Positions 45,560 through 56,143 of a stretch of DNA of 64,000 nucleotides are shown piece by piece. The stretch is taken from positions 1,908-65,907 of the forward strand of contig JASJJO010000004.1 in the NCBI GenBank assembly GCA_037624245.1. The letters run 5' to 3'. A program made the translations under genes and the position numbers. The stretch comes from Candidatus Planktophila sp. GTDB lineage: Bacteria > Actinomycetota > Actinomycetes > Nanopelagicales > Nanopelagicaceae. The stretch's first letter is position 1, and each line of letters begins with the position of its first letter. The notes beneath the pieces are model-generated. The model was not told where the DNA came from. It did not search any database and saw only the letters and a list, made by a program, of their open reading frames with translations.

Positions 45560-46249
45560 GTGATTCGCTTTGAAAATGTAACAAAGGCTTATTCAGGACA
45601 GAATCGTCCTGCTCTAGAGAGCGTCAGCCTTGAAATTACCAAGGGCGAATTCGTCTTCTTAGTCGGTATGTCAGGTTCGGGTAAATCTACTTTCTTGCGA
45701 TTGATTCTGCGTGAAGAACGTCCAACCAACGGCGTTATCCATGTTGCAGGTAAAGACCTCGGCAAGCTTGCAAACCATAAAGTTCCAGAGCTACGTCGCC
45801 AACTAGGAACTGTCTTTCAAGATTTTCGCCTTCTTCCTAACAAAACAATTTCCGAGAACATTGCATTTTCGCTCCACGTCCTTGGATATTCTCAGAAAGA
45901 GATTAATCGCGAAGTTCCCGAGATGCTTGAGCTTGTAGGTCTTGAAGATAAGGGCAATCGCCTACCATCTGAGATCTCTGGTGGTGAACAGCAACGTGTA
46001 GCAATTGCACGTGCATATGTCACGCGACCTGCAATCATTATTGCCGATGAGCCAACAGGAAACCTTGACCCTGCTCTCTCTGTTGGAATTATGAAATTGC
46101 TGGATCGCATTAATCGCGAAGGTACGACTGTATTAATGGCTACGCACGATTCAGGAATTGTGGATCAGATGCGTAAGCGAGTAATTGAATTAGATAGTGG
46201 CCACGTGATTCGAGATCAGGTCCGTGGCGTCTATGGATACACGGGATAA
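45560..46249 (+). CDS. ftsE: Cell-division ABC ATPase FtsE
   Basis: 229 aa. [37 protein letters not shown] start with an AGGGAG SD. Confidence 0.95.
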   Translation: MIRFENVTKAYSGQNRPALESVSLEITKGEFVFLVGMSGSGKSTFLRLILREERPTNGVIHVAGKDLGKLANHKVPELRRQLGTVFQDFRLLPNKTISENIAFSLHVLGYSQKEINREVPEMLELVGLEDKGNRLPSEISGGEQQRVAIARAYVTRPAIIIADEPTGNLDPALSVGIMKLLDRINREGTTVLMATHDSGIVDQMRKRVIELDSGHVIRDQVRGVYGYTG

Positions 46250-46260
46250 GGGGCAGCACG

Positions 46261-47163
46261 ATGCGCGCAGGTTTTCTTCTTAAAGAGGTTCGTATTGGAC
46301 TTCGACGCAATCTCACGATGACATTTGCGGTCATCGTCACCGTTGCTATCTCACTCTCTCTTCTTGGAATTGGCTTGCTCTCGAATTCACAGGTCAGTGC
46401 AATGAAGGATTATTGGTATGACAAGATTGAAGTTTCAGTATTTCTATGTGGCTCTCTCTCAGAATCACCATCATGTAGCGGAGGAGTTGTATCTCCAGAA
46501 CAACGAATAGCCATCAAATCTGACCTTGACGGGCTGCCTGTTGTAGAGAGCGTCTTCTATGAATCACAGACAGAGGCATACTCTCGCTTCCAAGAACGCT
46601 TTAAGGATTCAGCAATTGCGCAGAATGTGACAGCTGATCAACTTCCAGAATCATTCCGCGTGAAGTTAAAGGACCCAACACAATTTGATGTAATCGTTAG
46701 CGCTTTTAGTGGACGTCCCGGCGTTGATATTGTTCAAGATCAGCGCACGATCCTTGAAAAATTCTTCCGACTTTTAGCAGTGCTTCGAAATGGTGCGTTA
46801 GCGGTAGGACTGCTTTCAGTACTGACCGCTGCGTTGCTTATTAGCAACACGCTTCGAATCGCAGCATTTAACCGTCGTCGCGAAACTGGTGTGATGCGAC
46901 TTGTTGGCGCATCGTCATGGTCAATCCAGCTCCCATTCCTTCTCGAAGGAGTTTTCTCTGCCTTTGTTGGTTGGATCTTGGCAAGTGGACTTCTGGCAGC
47001 GCTTAAATATGTTGTCGAAACGAAAGTTGCGCCGCTTCTGACCTTTACCAAATTCTTTGGGTGGGGAGAAGTTATTGCAGCCTCTGGATGGCTACTTGCT
47101 ACTGGCCTCGTTGTTTCCATGGTTGCATCTCTTGTTACTCTTCGCCGCTACTTAAAGGTTTAA
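46261..47163 (+). CDS. ftsX: Cell-division permease FtsX
   Basis: 300 aa. TM1, an extracellular domain, then 3 C-terminal TM helices. Follows ftsE. Confidence 0.9.
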   Translation: MRAGFLLKEVRIGLRRNLTMTFAVIVTVAISLSLLGIGLLSNSQVSAMKDYWYDKIEVSVFLCGSLSESPSCSGGVVSPEQRIAIKSDLDGLPVVESVFYESQTEAYSRFQERFKDSAIAQNVTADQLPESFRVKLKDPTQFDVIVSAFSGRPGVDIVQDQRTILEKFFRLLAVLRNGALAVGLLSVLTAALLISNTLRIAAFNRRRETGVMRLVGASSWSIQLPFLLEGVFSAFVGWILASGLLAALKYVVETKVAPLLTFTKFFGWGEVIAASGWLLATGLVVSMVASLVTLRRYLKV

Positions 47164-47202
47164 TTAGTTCGTCGATTTCATACTTATCAAGGAGGTGAGC
47201 CC

Positions 47203-47682
47203 ATGGTCAAAGAAGTTGGACGCAAGCTCATCGCACAGAATAAGAAGGCTCGACATGATTTTTCTATAGAGGACGTTTATGAATGTGGCCTCGTTCTTAT
47301 GGGAACAGAGGTTAAATCTCTACGCGCAGGTCGTGCTTCGCTGATTGATGGTTTTGCCATGGTAGAAAATGGTGAACTTTGGTTACATGGAGTTCATATT
47401 CCTGAATACACAGAAGGTACATGGACTAACCACACTCCACGACGCAAGAGAAAGCTACTAGTTAATAAGATCGAGCTTCGTAAAATTGCTGCACGTACGA
47501 AAGATTCAGGCATAACGCTGGTTCCATTGCAGCTCTATTTTAAAGATGGCAAAGCCAAGATTGAAGTTGCTATTGCTAGGGGCAAGAAAGCCCACGATAA
47601 ACGGAGCACTTTGATGGAGCAGCAGGCAACGCGTGAAGTTAACCGCGAACTATCGCGCCGCCAATCCGGAAAAGATTCCTAG
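47203..47682 (+). CDS. smpB: SsrA-binding protein SmpB
   Basis: 159 aa. [25 protein letters not shown] and a basic C-terminal tail. Confidence 0.95.
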   Translation: MVKEVGRKLIAQNKKARHDFSIEDVYECGLVLMGTEVKSLRAGRASLIDGFAMVENGELWLHGVHIPEYTEGTWTNHTPRRKRKLLVNKIELRKIAARTKDSGITLVPLQLYFKDGKAKIEVAIARGKKAHDKRSTLMEQQATREVNRELSRRQSGKDS

Positions 47683-47880
47683 CGCAGAAGCCAATTCCAC
47701 GCTTAATTTCTCTCTTGCTTAACTGTTGTCTATACTCGGTACATCGCTTAGATAGATCGAGCTGGCAGACAAGAATGCTCACTCCATACCTTCTAAGTAA
47801 CCAATCCACTCAAAGAATTGTCAATGGGTGAGTTCTCTAAAAATTACATAGTGTTGAAGAAATCGCTCTTCAACGTTCAC

Positions 47881-48248
47881 GGGGGTGAACGGTCTCGACT
47901 TTAGTTGTTGAGGCAGGGGAAGCGGGCCGAGGAAGCCGGGATGATCTCGTAAACCATGAAACCTGTGCAAAAATAACTGCAGACAACAGTCGCAGTGATT
48001 TCGCCCTAGCTGCATAAGCTAGTACCGAATCCGTCAGCCCGGGCGCGCTCTCGTCCCGGAACCTGGCGTCGCTAGAGAGCTCTTCATCGAGATAGCGTTG
48101 CGAATATCTCGAGAGAACAGTTTCGCAAATGAGTTCGTTGAATACTTGTGTGTAAGAGATTCAGAACTGAGAAAACGATAAACGCACTACGCCCGTAGAA
48201 GCCCTGTTTTAATTCTGAAGGACCCGGGTTCGATTCCCGGCACCTCCA
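47881..48248 (+). ncRNA. ssrA: tmRNA (SsrA)
   Basis: The 5' GGGGGTG pairs with the 3' CACCTCC (48241-48247), including the G3-U pair that gives alanine identity. T-arm is CCCGGGTTCGATTCCCGG. The tag reading frame at 47979-48014 encodes ADNSRSDFALAA followed by TAA. The CCA is not fully encoded. Confidence 0.9.
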
Positions 48249-48320
48249 CAATGCACTGCGCGATAAGTGAGGCGAGGTTGAATCAGCTTTGCTGATAAAA
48301 TCTCCACCATAGGCGCCAAC

Positions 48321-48656
48321 CTAACTCTCTTCTGGGCCCGGTCTTAAACCTGCAAAGATTTCTTTGCAGATAGGACAGACGGGATATTTCTGCGGATCGC
48401 GAGAAGGTACCCACTTCTTTCCACAGAGCGCACGAACGGCCTTTCCAGTAACGGCTGATTCAACAATCTTCTCTTTCTTTATGTAATGCGAAAATCGATC
48501 ATGTCCGCCGTCATCTTCTTGCTCAACCGGCCTTGTGAGCGTATCTGTATCAGAGCTTGTTATCGGTCCATCAAGAGTTGGAAGGCCGCGATCGAAGATT
48601 CCTGCTCGAATCTCTCGATGATCATTCGATGTCATAACCTCATTATTACGCACCAA
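48321..48656 (-). CDS. DUF3039 domain protein
   Basis: 111 aa. The HYIKKEKIVESAVTGKAVRALCGKKWVPSRDPQKYPVCPICKEI core is typical of actinobacterial DUF3039. Confidence 0.75.
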   Translation of the reverse strand: MVRNNEVMTSNDHREIRAGIFDRGLPTLDGPITSSDTDTLTRPVEQEDDGGHDRFSHYIKKEKIVESAVTGKAVRALCGKKWVPSRDPQKYPVCPICKEIFAGLRPGPEES

Positions 48657-48686
48657 GCGCTATTTATCACCCTGTAGAATCTCCTA

Positions 48687-49625
48687 ATGAAAGACTTACT
48701 GCGCACTGAAGACCTATGCCGTGCCGATGTCGACCTTATCCTTGATACAGCGACAGAGTTTGCGAAGAACCCGCTCCGCTCCAACACGGCGTTGAGCAAT
48801 AAGACTGTTGCGATCTACATGACTAAGCCTTCTACCCGAACCCGACTTGCATCTGAAACGGCCGTGGCGCACCTTGGCGGGACCCCAATCTTTCTTCGCG
48901 GTGACGATCTTCAGCTTGGGCGTGGCGAAACGATTTCGGATACAGCAAAGATCATCAGCGGTTTCTGTGATGCGCTGATTATCCGTACCTTTAAACAATC
49001 TGATGTCGATGAGTTAGGGGCTGCGGCATCTATCCCAGTGATTAACGCCCTCACCGATGATGATCATCCAACACAATTACTTGCTGATTGGATCACTATC
49101 CAAGAAAAATTTGGAAACGATATTGCAGGTCGAAAATTTGTCTATCTCGGTGATGGAAATAATATGACTCACTCCTGGTTAATCATGGGCGCAATCATGG
49201 GAGCTCATGTAGTTGCAGCAACACCAGATGGAAAATGGGCACCCGATGCCGCAGTGGTTGCAAAGGCGAAGGCAATTGCAGTAAAAAGTGGCGCAACTGT
49301 TGAAGTGACTAATGATCCGGAAGGCGCAGCTCGCGGAGCATCTCTGCTTTATACAGATGTCTGGATGTCCATGGGAGATCCAGAAGCAGAACGGGCAGAG
49401 AAATTTGCAGCCCTTTCACCCTACGCAATTACAGACCATCTCATGTCATTGACTGAGAAAGATTCCATCTTTATGCATTGTCTGCCCGCTCATCGTGGTG
49501 AAGAAGTTGCAGCTTCTGTGATTGATGGACCAAAATCTGTAATCTGGCGTGAAGCTTTTCATCGTCGGACGACGATTCAAGCACTTCTCTATCATTTAAC
49601 CCGCGGAGAGCTCAAAGGAAATTAG
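48687..49625 (+). CDS. argF: Ornithine carbamoyltransferase
   Basis: 312 aa. STRTR, HPTQLLAD, DVWMSMG and HCLPAHRGEE motifs. No other arg genes are adjacent. Confidence 0.85.
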   Translation: MKDLLRTEDLCRADVDLILDTATEFAKNPLRSNTALSNKTVAIYMTKPSTRTRLASETAVAHLGGTPIFLRGDDLQLGRGETISDTAKIISGFCDALIIRTFKQSDVDELGAAASIPVINALTDDDHPTQLLADWITIQEKFGNDIAGRKFVYLGDGNNMTHSWLIMGAIMGAHVVAATPDGKWAPDAAVVAKAKAIAVKSGATVEVTNDPEGAARGASLLYTDVWMSMGDPEAERAEKFAALSPYAITDHLMSLTEKDSIFMHCLPAHRGEEVAASVIDGPKSVIWREAFHRRTTIQALLYHLTRGELKGN

Positions 49626-49703
49626 CTCCAGCCATTATTTTTAGAGCAAATTCTCAGCAATTTAAGGTGATAAGAATGAGCGCCCCCTAGTACTCTTGCG
49701 CGC

Positions 49704-50849
49704 ATGAGAATTGCCGTTCCTAGAGAAATCCGAGATGGCGAAAAGCGTGTAGCGCTCGTGCCAGATATCATCAATAAGTTAACCAGGTTAGGTTATGAAG
49801 TAGTTATTGAATCTGGTGCAGGTATTCATGCACAGGCAACCGATGATCTCTTCACTGCAGCAGGTGCAACTGTTCAGAACGGTGATGTCATTAGCGGTGC
49901 CGACGTTGTTTTATCGGTGACATCCCTTACCCCGGCGCAGATTGGCACCCTTAAAAAGGGCGCGGTCACAATCTCTTTCCTTTCACCCGTTACGGCCGTT
50001 GATTCCATCGATGCAGCAGCTAGTGCGGGAGTTACAGCTTTCTCTCTCGAGATGGTTCCACGAATTTCACGTGCACAATCTATGGATGCGCTCACCTCAC
50101 AAGCCCTCTGCGCCGGATATCGCGCAGCCCTCGTTGGCGCCGAACTTTCTCCTCGCTTCTTCCCGATGTTGATGACAGCTGCAGGAACAGTCACACCAGC
50201 CCAGGTATTAGTTCTTGGAGCTGGAGTTGCAGGCTTGCAGGCAATTGCAACTGCGCGTCGACTAGGAGCGGTAGTAAGTGCCTACGATGTTCGTCCATCT
50301 TCTGCAGATGAAGTGAAATCCATGGGCGCAACATTTATCAATCTTGAACTAGAAGCCCTTGAAGGTGCCGGCGGATATGCGCGAGAGATGACTGAAGAGC
50401 GCGCTGCCAAGCAACGCGAACTTTTAACTCCGTATATTGCTAAATCGCATGTTGTCATTACAACTGCTGCAGTTCCTGGTCGCACAGCTCCGCGCTTGAT
50501 GACCGCTGCCATGGTGGATGCCATGGAGGCTGGAACAATCATCATCGATTTAGCTGCTGAAACAGGCGGAAATGTGGAAGGTTCAAAGCCTGGAGAAATT
50601 GTTTCAACTTCCAAGGGCGTTCAGATCTGGGGCGGCAAAGATGTGCCAAGCCAACTGCCATTTCATGCATCTAGCTTGTATTCACGTAACGTAGTCAATC
50701 TCTTAACGTTGATGACAACGCCTGCAAAAGATGGTGCAGCGCTCTCTCTCAACGTTGATTTCACCGATGAGATCATCGATAAGTCAGCGCTTACACATGC
50801 AGGAAACCGCCATACCCCTGGCGCATCTGAGAAGGGAAGTGTTCAGTAA
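49704..50849 (+). CDS. pntAA: NAD(P) transhydrogenase subunit alpha, part 1 (dI)
   Basis: 381 aa. AlaDH/PNT N- and C-domains with a GAGVAGLQAI Rossmann loop. Confidence 0.9.
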   Translation: MRIAVPREIRDGEKRVALVPDIINKLTRLGYEVVIESGAGIHAQATDDLFTAAGATVQNGDVISGADVVLSVTSLTPAQIGTLKKGAVTISFLSPVTAVDSIDAAASAGVTAFSLEMVPRISRAQSMDALTSQALCAGYRAALVGAELSPRFFPMLMTAAGTVTPAQVLVLGAGVAGLQAIATARRLGAVVSAYDVRPSSADEVKSMGATFINLELEALEGAGGYAREMTEERAAKQRELLTPYIAKSHVVITTAAVPGRTAPRLMTAAMVDAMEAGTIIIDLAAETGGNVEGSKPGEIVSTSKGVQIWGGKDVPSQLPFHASSLYSRNVVNLLTLMTTPAKDGAALSLNVDFTDEIIDKSALTHAGNRHTPGASEKGSVQ

Positions 50850-51142
50850 TGGATGCACTAGCAGTCGTTACCATCTTCACGCTCGCAGTATTTGTGGGCT
50901 TTGAAGTTGTCTCAAAAGTATCGTCCACGCTTCATACGCCTCTTATGTCAGGTGCTAATGCAATCCACGGCGTCATTCTTGTTGGAGCAATCATCGTCGC
51001 CGATCACAGCGAGAACAATCTAGAACTTGGGCTCTCACTGGTCGCAATTGTTCTTGCAACAATCAATATGGTGGGTGGATTTGTTGTTACAGATCGCATG
51101 CTTGAAATGTTTAAGCCTAAGAAGCAAGAGGAGAAGAAGTGA
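50849..51142 (+). CDS. pntAB: NAD(P) transhydrogenase subunit alpha, part 2 (membrane)
   Basis: 97 aa with 3 TM helices. Located between pntAA and pntB with overlapping stop and start codons. Confidence 0.9.
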   Translation: MDALAVVTIFTLAVFVGFEVVSKVSSTLHTPLMSGANAIHGVILVGAIIVADHSENNLELGLSLVAIVLATINMVGGFVVTDRMLEMFKPKKQEEKK

Positions 51143-52548
51143 GTAGTACTCTCTATAGCCTCGTAGGTCTTGCCGCTGGCGTGGCATTCATCTTGGCTCT
51201 TAAGGGGCTCTCTCATCCAAAGACTGCCCGACGCGGAAATCTCATCGGCGCATTTGGCGCAACGGTTGCCACGCTTTCAGTATTTCTCTATGTAACTCCA
51301 CCACGCGATGGTGGCGCAGCGCACTCTCTTCCATTGCATAACTTCGGTCTTATTCTTGGAGCAATTGCAGTTGGTTTAATCATTGGAGTTCCAGCAGCTC
51401 GCAAAGTCGAGATGACTCAGATGCCACAACTTGTTGCACTCTTTAACGGTGTAGGAGGAGGCGCAGCAGCCCTTGTTGCAATCGTTGAATATATGAATCT
51501 TGGAGCTAGCGCTACAACTGCAGAAGTTATCTTCACCGTTTTCACTGTGGTCGTCGGATGCGTCTCATTCAGCGGTTCAATCATTACCTTTATGAAACTT
51601 CAAGAGCTTATGACAACCCGCCCCGTTGTATTTCCTGGCGGACGCTTTGTCATCGCTGCAACACTTGCTGCAATCCTTGGCGTTTCAGTCTGGGTTGTTG
51701 GAGCCCTCGGTACTACTCCACTACTTATCTTGGCTCTAATCTCTCTGCTCTTCGGTGTGCTCTTCGTACTTCCAGTCGGTGGCGCAGATGTTCCTATCGT
51801 CATCTCACTCCTTAACGCCTTTACCGGTCTTACCGTTGCAGCAAGTGGATATGTACTCTCTTCAACGCTCTTGATTATTGCAGGAACTTTGGTTGGAGCC
51901 TCAGGAACAATCTTGACACGATTGATGGCAGAGGCGATGGGCCGTTCACTCTTTGGAACGCTTTTTGGCGCATTTACCGCCAAGCCTCAAGATGTTGCAG
52001 CAGCGGGTGAAGAGCGACCAGTTCGCTCTGGCTCACCAGATGATGTTGCAATTCTTCTCAACTATGCCCGCCGTGTTGTTATCGTGCCTGGCTTTGGTTT
52101 AGCAGTTGCTCAAGCGCAACACACAGTGCGCGAACTTGCCGATTTGATGACCTCTAAAGGCATTGATGTTGCCTATGGAATTCACCCAGTCGCAGGCCGT
52201 ATGCCAGGACATATGAACGTTCTCTTGGCCGAAGCAAGCGTTCCTTACGATCAATTAGCTGAGATGGATGAGATCAATCCAACCTTTGGCCAGACCGATG
52301 TTGCAATTGTTATCGGTGCAAACGATGTTGTGAACCCTGCAGCACAGACCACGCCTGGTTGCCCAATCTATGGAATGCCAATTCTTGAGGTAAGCAATGC
52401 GGCAAATATCGTCTTCCTTAAGCGATCAATGCGCCCTGGTTTTGCGGGTATCGAGAATGAACTTCTCTATGATCCAAAAACTATGTTGCTCTTCGGAGAT
52501 GCCAAAGCATCACTGACTAAGGTTGTCTCGGCTCTTAAGGCTCTGTAG
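51139..52548 (+). CDS. pntB: NAD(P) transhydrogenase subunit beta
   Basis: 469 aa. A polytopic N-terminal half and a C-terminal dIII domain (PGFGLAVAQAQH, HPVAGRMPGHMNVLLAEA, GANDVVNP). Confidence 0.95.
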   Translation: MSSTLYSLVGLAAGVAFILALKGLSHPKTARRGNLIGAFGATVATLSVFLYVTPPRDGGAAHSLPLHNFGLILGAIAVGLIIGVPAARKVEMTQMPQLVALFNGVGGGAAALVAIVEYMNLGASATTAEVIFTVFTVVVGCVSFSGSIITFMKLQELMTTRPVVFPGGRFVIAATLAAILGVSVWVVGALGTTPLLILALISLLFGVLFVLPVGGADVPIVISLLNAFTGLTVAASGYVLSSTLLIIAGTLVGASGTILTRLMAEAMGRSLFGTLFGAFTAKPQDVAAAGEERPVRSGSPDDVAILLNYARRVVIVPGFGLAVAQAQHTVRELADLMTSKGIDVAYGIHPVAGRMPGHMNVLLAEASVPYDQLAEMDEINPTFGQTDVAIVIGANDVVNPAAQTTPGCPIYGMPILEVSNAANIVFLKRSMRPGFAGIENELLYDPKTMLLFGDAKASLTKVVSALKAL

Positions 52549-52573
52549 TACGCAGAATTAGTTACCTTAAAGG

Positions 52574-53647
52574 TTAACTCTCTTGAAGGCCTGTCGGCGC
52601 GTTATGCACGTCGAGAATGTCGGCAGCTTTGACATCGCCAGATAATTTATCTGTGCGAGGTAGCTTTTTATCGGAGTCAGTACTCTTGGCATCTTCTTTG
52701 TAGATGGCAGGAATTGAACCGAGAAGGCCCTTCTGAAAATCTTCAAAAGCTTGCATAACTTCGCGCTTAGTATTCATAACAAATGGCCCCATCCACGCAA
52801 CAGGCTCTTTAATTGGCTGACCACCAAGGATAAAGAGCTCCATCTGTGGAGATCGACTCTCTTGCGCATTGGCAGCGCGAACCACAATTGAACCGCCCTC
52901 GCCAAATACTGTCAGCTGCCCTGCTGATACTGGCCGTTGCTCTTCTCCAACAAATCCATGGCCAGACATTGTGTAGACGAGCGCGTTGTAATCTGCGCGC
53001 CAAGGAAGGCGTAGCTCGCCCCCTGGAGCGATTGTTGCGTGAATCAATGTAATCGGAGTCTGCGTTCTCCCTGGACCTACATGTCCATCTAGCTCGCCTG
53101 CGATGATGCGAATAAGTGAACCGCCATCAGGGGATGAGAGAAGTGCAACATCGCCGGCGCGAACATCTTGATAGGCAGGCGGTAGCCATTTCTTTGCAGC
53201 AGGTAGGTTGACCCATAATTGGAAACCATGAAATAAACCACCAGAAAGAACAAGGTGCTCTGGCGGAGTTTCAATATGGAGAATTCCACCGCCAGCGGTC
53301 ATCCACTGTGTACCGCCATCGGTAATTGTTCCACCACCACCATTAGAATCCTTATGATCGAAGATGCCATCAATAATGTATGTAACAGTTTCAAAACCTC
53401 GATGCGGGTGCCAAGGAGTTCCCTTCGGTTCACCTGGCGCATATTCAACTTCACCCATCTCATCGAGATGGATAAATGGATCTAACTCAGCAAGATCAAC
53501 GCCAGCGAATGCGCGACGAACAGGAAATCCTTCACCTTCAAAACCTTGAGGAGCAGTTGTAATGCTCTTTACTCGTCGTGCACCCAAGGGCGTAGCATCG
53601 CTAATACGAGCAAGTACGGTGATATCGCTAACTGTTACAGCTGGCAC
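52574..53647 (-). CDS. Pirin family protein
   Basis: 357 aa. Bicupin with the metal site HPHRGFETVTY..G ... H ... E, plus a charged C-terminal tail of about 50 aa. Confidence 0.9.
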   Translation of the reverse strand: MPAVTVSDITVLARISDATPLGARRVKSITTAPQGFEGEGFPVRRAFAGVDLAELDPFIHLDEMGEVEYAPGEPKGTPWHPHRGFETVTYIIDGIFDHKDSNGGGGTITDGGTQWMTAGGGILHIETPPEHLVLSGGLFHGFQLWVNLPAAKKWLPPAYQDVRAGDVALLSSPDGGSLIRIIAGELDGHVGPGRTQTPITLIHATIAPGGELRLPWRADYNALVYTMSGHGFVGEEQRPVSAGQLTVFGEGGSIVVRAANAQESRSPQMELFILGGQPIKEPVAWMGPFVMNTKREVMQAFEDFQKGLLGSIPAIYKEDAKSTDSDKKLPRTDKLSGDVKAADILDVHNAPTGLQES

Positions 53648-53723
53648 AGTATCCCTTTCTTGTAACTCCTATAAGTCCAATAAGCGCAATGTAATTGAAG
53701 CTTCAACTACCTGCAACTTGGAG

Positions 53724-55049
53724 CTATATAGGTTCATGAATTGACCGTGCGGGAGTGAAGAATTCTTTTCCGAGTGGAGAGATCCACGTGCATGAGCCAT
53801 CGGGAAAACTTTCAATTTTCCAGCCCCCATGTGTCTTTAATTGATGATGCCTTCGACAGAGCGCCCCAATATTTTCAGCTGAAGTCTGACCTCCAGATTC
53901 CCAACTCTGTGCATGATCGAGGTCTGAAAGAAGCGCCGATCTTCGACAACCTGGGAAGCGACATGTTCGATCGCGGGCGATGAGAAAATCTTTCAAATGT
54001 TGAGGGGGTTCATAACTTTCGCGCCCGAAATCTAAGAGATTTCCGGTCTGTGGTTCGGTGATAAATCTCTTCCACTTTCCATCCGAGGCAAGGTGGCGAG
54101 CCACAGATGCTGGAATTGCGCCGTAGCCTGCAAGTTGGCCAGGATTTTCAGCAAGACCAAGCAGAGTTGGAAGGTCGATGGTGACGTTAACGGTCAGCGG
54201 TCTGCGATGCGGAGTAACCGAGACAGTTGAATTAGCGAGGTAGGAAGCACAGATTGCAGAGAGAGCATCAGCGCGCTTCATATCCATAGTGCGCTTATCG
54301 CTACTCGATAACTCAGCAGCCGAATCGCTCGTTTGGCTCTGCAGAATAAAGGCTTCAATAGAGTTCATAACTATCTGAGCATCAGCTGCCGGAAGGATTG
54401 CTACAACAGTTGAGGTTCCATCTGGCTCGTTGTAACAGCTGATTCGTCGAAGCGCATGTGCTCGCTCTGTAACTTCTTCAAATTCTTCGGGCCCATATTT
54501 AGCGACCGCATTACGTACATGGTTTGCAACCTGTCCCGGAGTATGGAATTCTGCATAAGCAATTGCACGTGTTTCAATATCAAATATCACCGATTCAGGT
54601 GCACCATCACGAATAGCCGCGGCAGTTTCACGGGCAATAACTGTTGCATGCGCGGATGAAATTTCTCCGGTGGCAAGGGCTGAACATGTATTAGGTAAAT
54701 TGTTGACCAAGGTACGTGCAATATCTATCCGCGATTGCGCAGTTGCAGGTGCTAATCGAAGAGCGGTCGAAATATCTTCACGCTCTGCTTCATCAACGCC
54801 AGAAAGTGGCCCGCCGCCTTCGCTCGGTGAGCGCCCAGCAACTGCGGCAATCGCTCTTTGACGTAAGGCATAGAGCCATCCATCGTGGCGATCGAGGGCT
54901 GAAAGATAATCGATTCGATCACTTGCGTTAAGTGCGTAAGGATCAATCTGGGTAAGGCTCAGAAGAGATTGCGCACAGGGAATTGCGAAGAGTAGTTCGG
55001 CAACTGTCGATGAGAGTTCGTCAACTACTACGAGCTTCGCTGTTGTCAT
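53724..55049 (-). CDS. DUF222 / HNH endonuclease family protein (REP13E12-like selfish gene)
   Basis: A DUF222-like N-terminal region and a C-terminal HNH motif (CRFPGC ... DLDHAQSWESGGQTSAENIGALCRRHHQLKTH). I prefer the ATG at 55049 (MTTAKLVV...). The track ORF to 55214 would overlap trhO. Confidence 0.8.
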   Translation of the reverse strand: MTTAKLVVVDELSSTVAELLFAIPCAQSLLSLTQIDPYALNASDRIDYLSALDRHDGWLYALRQRAIAAVAGRSPSEGGGPLSGVDEAEREDISTALRLAPATAQSRIDIARTLVNNLPNTCSALATGEISSAHATVIARETAAAIRDGAPESVIFDIETRAIAYAEFHTPGQVANHVRNAVAKYGPEEFEEVTERAHALRRISCYNEPDGTSTVVAILPAADAQIVMNSIEAFILQSQTSDSAAELSSSDKRTMDMKRADALSAICASYLANSTVSVTPHRRPLTVNVTIDLPTLLGLAENPGQLAGYGAIPASVARHLASDGKWKRFITEPQTGNLLDFGRESYEPPQHLKDFLIARDRTCRFPGCRRSALLSDLDHAQSWESGGQTSAENIGALCRRHHQLKTHGGWKIESFPDGSCTWISPLGKEFFTPARSIHEPI

Positions 55050-55195
55050 GGATGGATATTGATGGGCGCCACTGACATAAGACCCTTGTAATAGAGAAAT
55101 TGCTGCACATTGGGGATAAGTATTTTTACGAAGGTGGCTAACCGTGCGTAATGAGAGGGTTTTATTACTGACAGTAGCCGCGTTAGAATAGAGAT

Positions 55196-56119
55196 GTGAA
55201 CAAGCACGCTCCAAAGCTCAATAAGGTCATTCTTTATTACCGCTTCACGCCTATTGCAGATCCTGAAGCAGTGCTTTTATGGCAGAAAAATCTCTCTCAA
55301 TCTCTCAATCTCAAAGGCCGCATCCTAATTTCTAAACATGGCATTAATGGAACTCTCGGTGGAGAAATGGCAGATGTAAAGAAATATGTGCGCGAAACTC
55401 GACGGTATACGGGATTTAAGAAGATTGCCTTTAAGTGGTCTGAAGGAACTGGAAATGATTTTCCACGCCTTCGTGTTGTAGTCAAAGATGAACTCGTTGC
55501 ATTTGGAAATCCCGATGAGATTCAAGTTGATGAAAATGGAGTTGTTGGCGGTGGAATTCACCTACGTCCTGAACAGGTTGAAGAATTAGTAAAGGAACGC
55601 GGGGATGACGTTGTCTTCTTTGATGGCCGTAATGCCTACGAAGCTAAAATTGGAAAATTTAAAAACGCTATCGTTCCTAGCGTTGAGTCATCAAGAGACT
55701 TCATCCGTGAAATCGAAAGCGGCAAATACGATCACATTAAAGATAAGCCAGTAGTCACATACTGCACGGGTGGTATTAGATGCGAAGTTCTTTCTGCAGT
55801 GATGAAGAAGCGCGGCTTTAACGAGGTTTATCAAATTGATGGTGGCATCGTGAAGTACGGTGAACGTTTTGGTGATGAAGCATCATGGGAAGGCTCGCTC
55901 TACATCTTCGATGATCGTATGGCGATGGATTTCAGCGATAAGGCAAAGGTCATTGGCCAGTGCGAAAAATGCCAGGCCCCAACTAAAGATTTCCGTAATT
56001 GCAACACTGCCTCATGCCACCAATTGATTTTGCTCTGCGACAGCTGTGCATCTCTACCTTCAAATCTAAGTTGCACTCATGATCAATCGCTCCACCGCGA
56101 CTCAGAGCTCATCGGCTAG
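55196..56119 (+). CDS. trhO: Rhodanese-domain tRNA uridine(34) hydroxylase (UPF0176/YceA family)
   Basis: 307 aa. [15 protein letters not shown]-terminus, rhodanese active-site loop [10 protein letters not shown]-terminal Cys-rich tail. Confidence 0.8.
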   Translation: MNKHAPKLNKVILYYRFTPIADPEAVLLWQKNLSQSLNLKGRILISKHGINGTLGGEMADVKKYVRETRRYTGFKKIAFKWSEGTGNDFPRLRVVVKDELVAFGNPDEIQVDENGVVGGGIHLRPEQVEELVKERGDDVVFFDGRNAYEAKIGKFKNAIVPSVESSRDFIREIESGKYDHIKDKPVVTYCTGGIRCEVLSAVMKKRGFNEVYQIDGGIVKYGERFGDEASWEGSLYIFDDRMAMDFSDKAKVIGQCEKCQAPTKDFRNCNTASCHQLILLCDSCASLPSNLSCTHDQSLHRDSELIG

Positions 56120-56143
56120 CCGCCCCTACTCTAAGATAGCGCC

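Noticed and set aside
45516-45563. A 15-codon uORF ([15 protein letters not shown]) with a duplicated ATGAGCAC, whose TGA overlaps the ftsE GTG start.
   Set aside because: It has no SD of its own. The AGGGAG inside it is well placed as the ftsE SD. Nothing beyond the overlap suggests a function.
47821-48015. A 64-aa minus-strand ORF in the smpB-ssrA region.
   Set aside because: It overlaps the 5' third of the tmRNA gene, including the tag-coding region, so the RNA gene explains this sequence.
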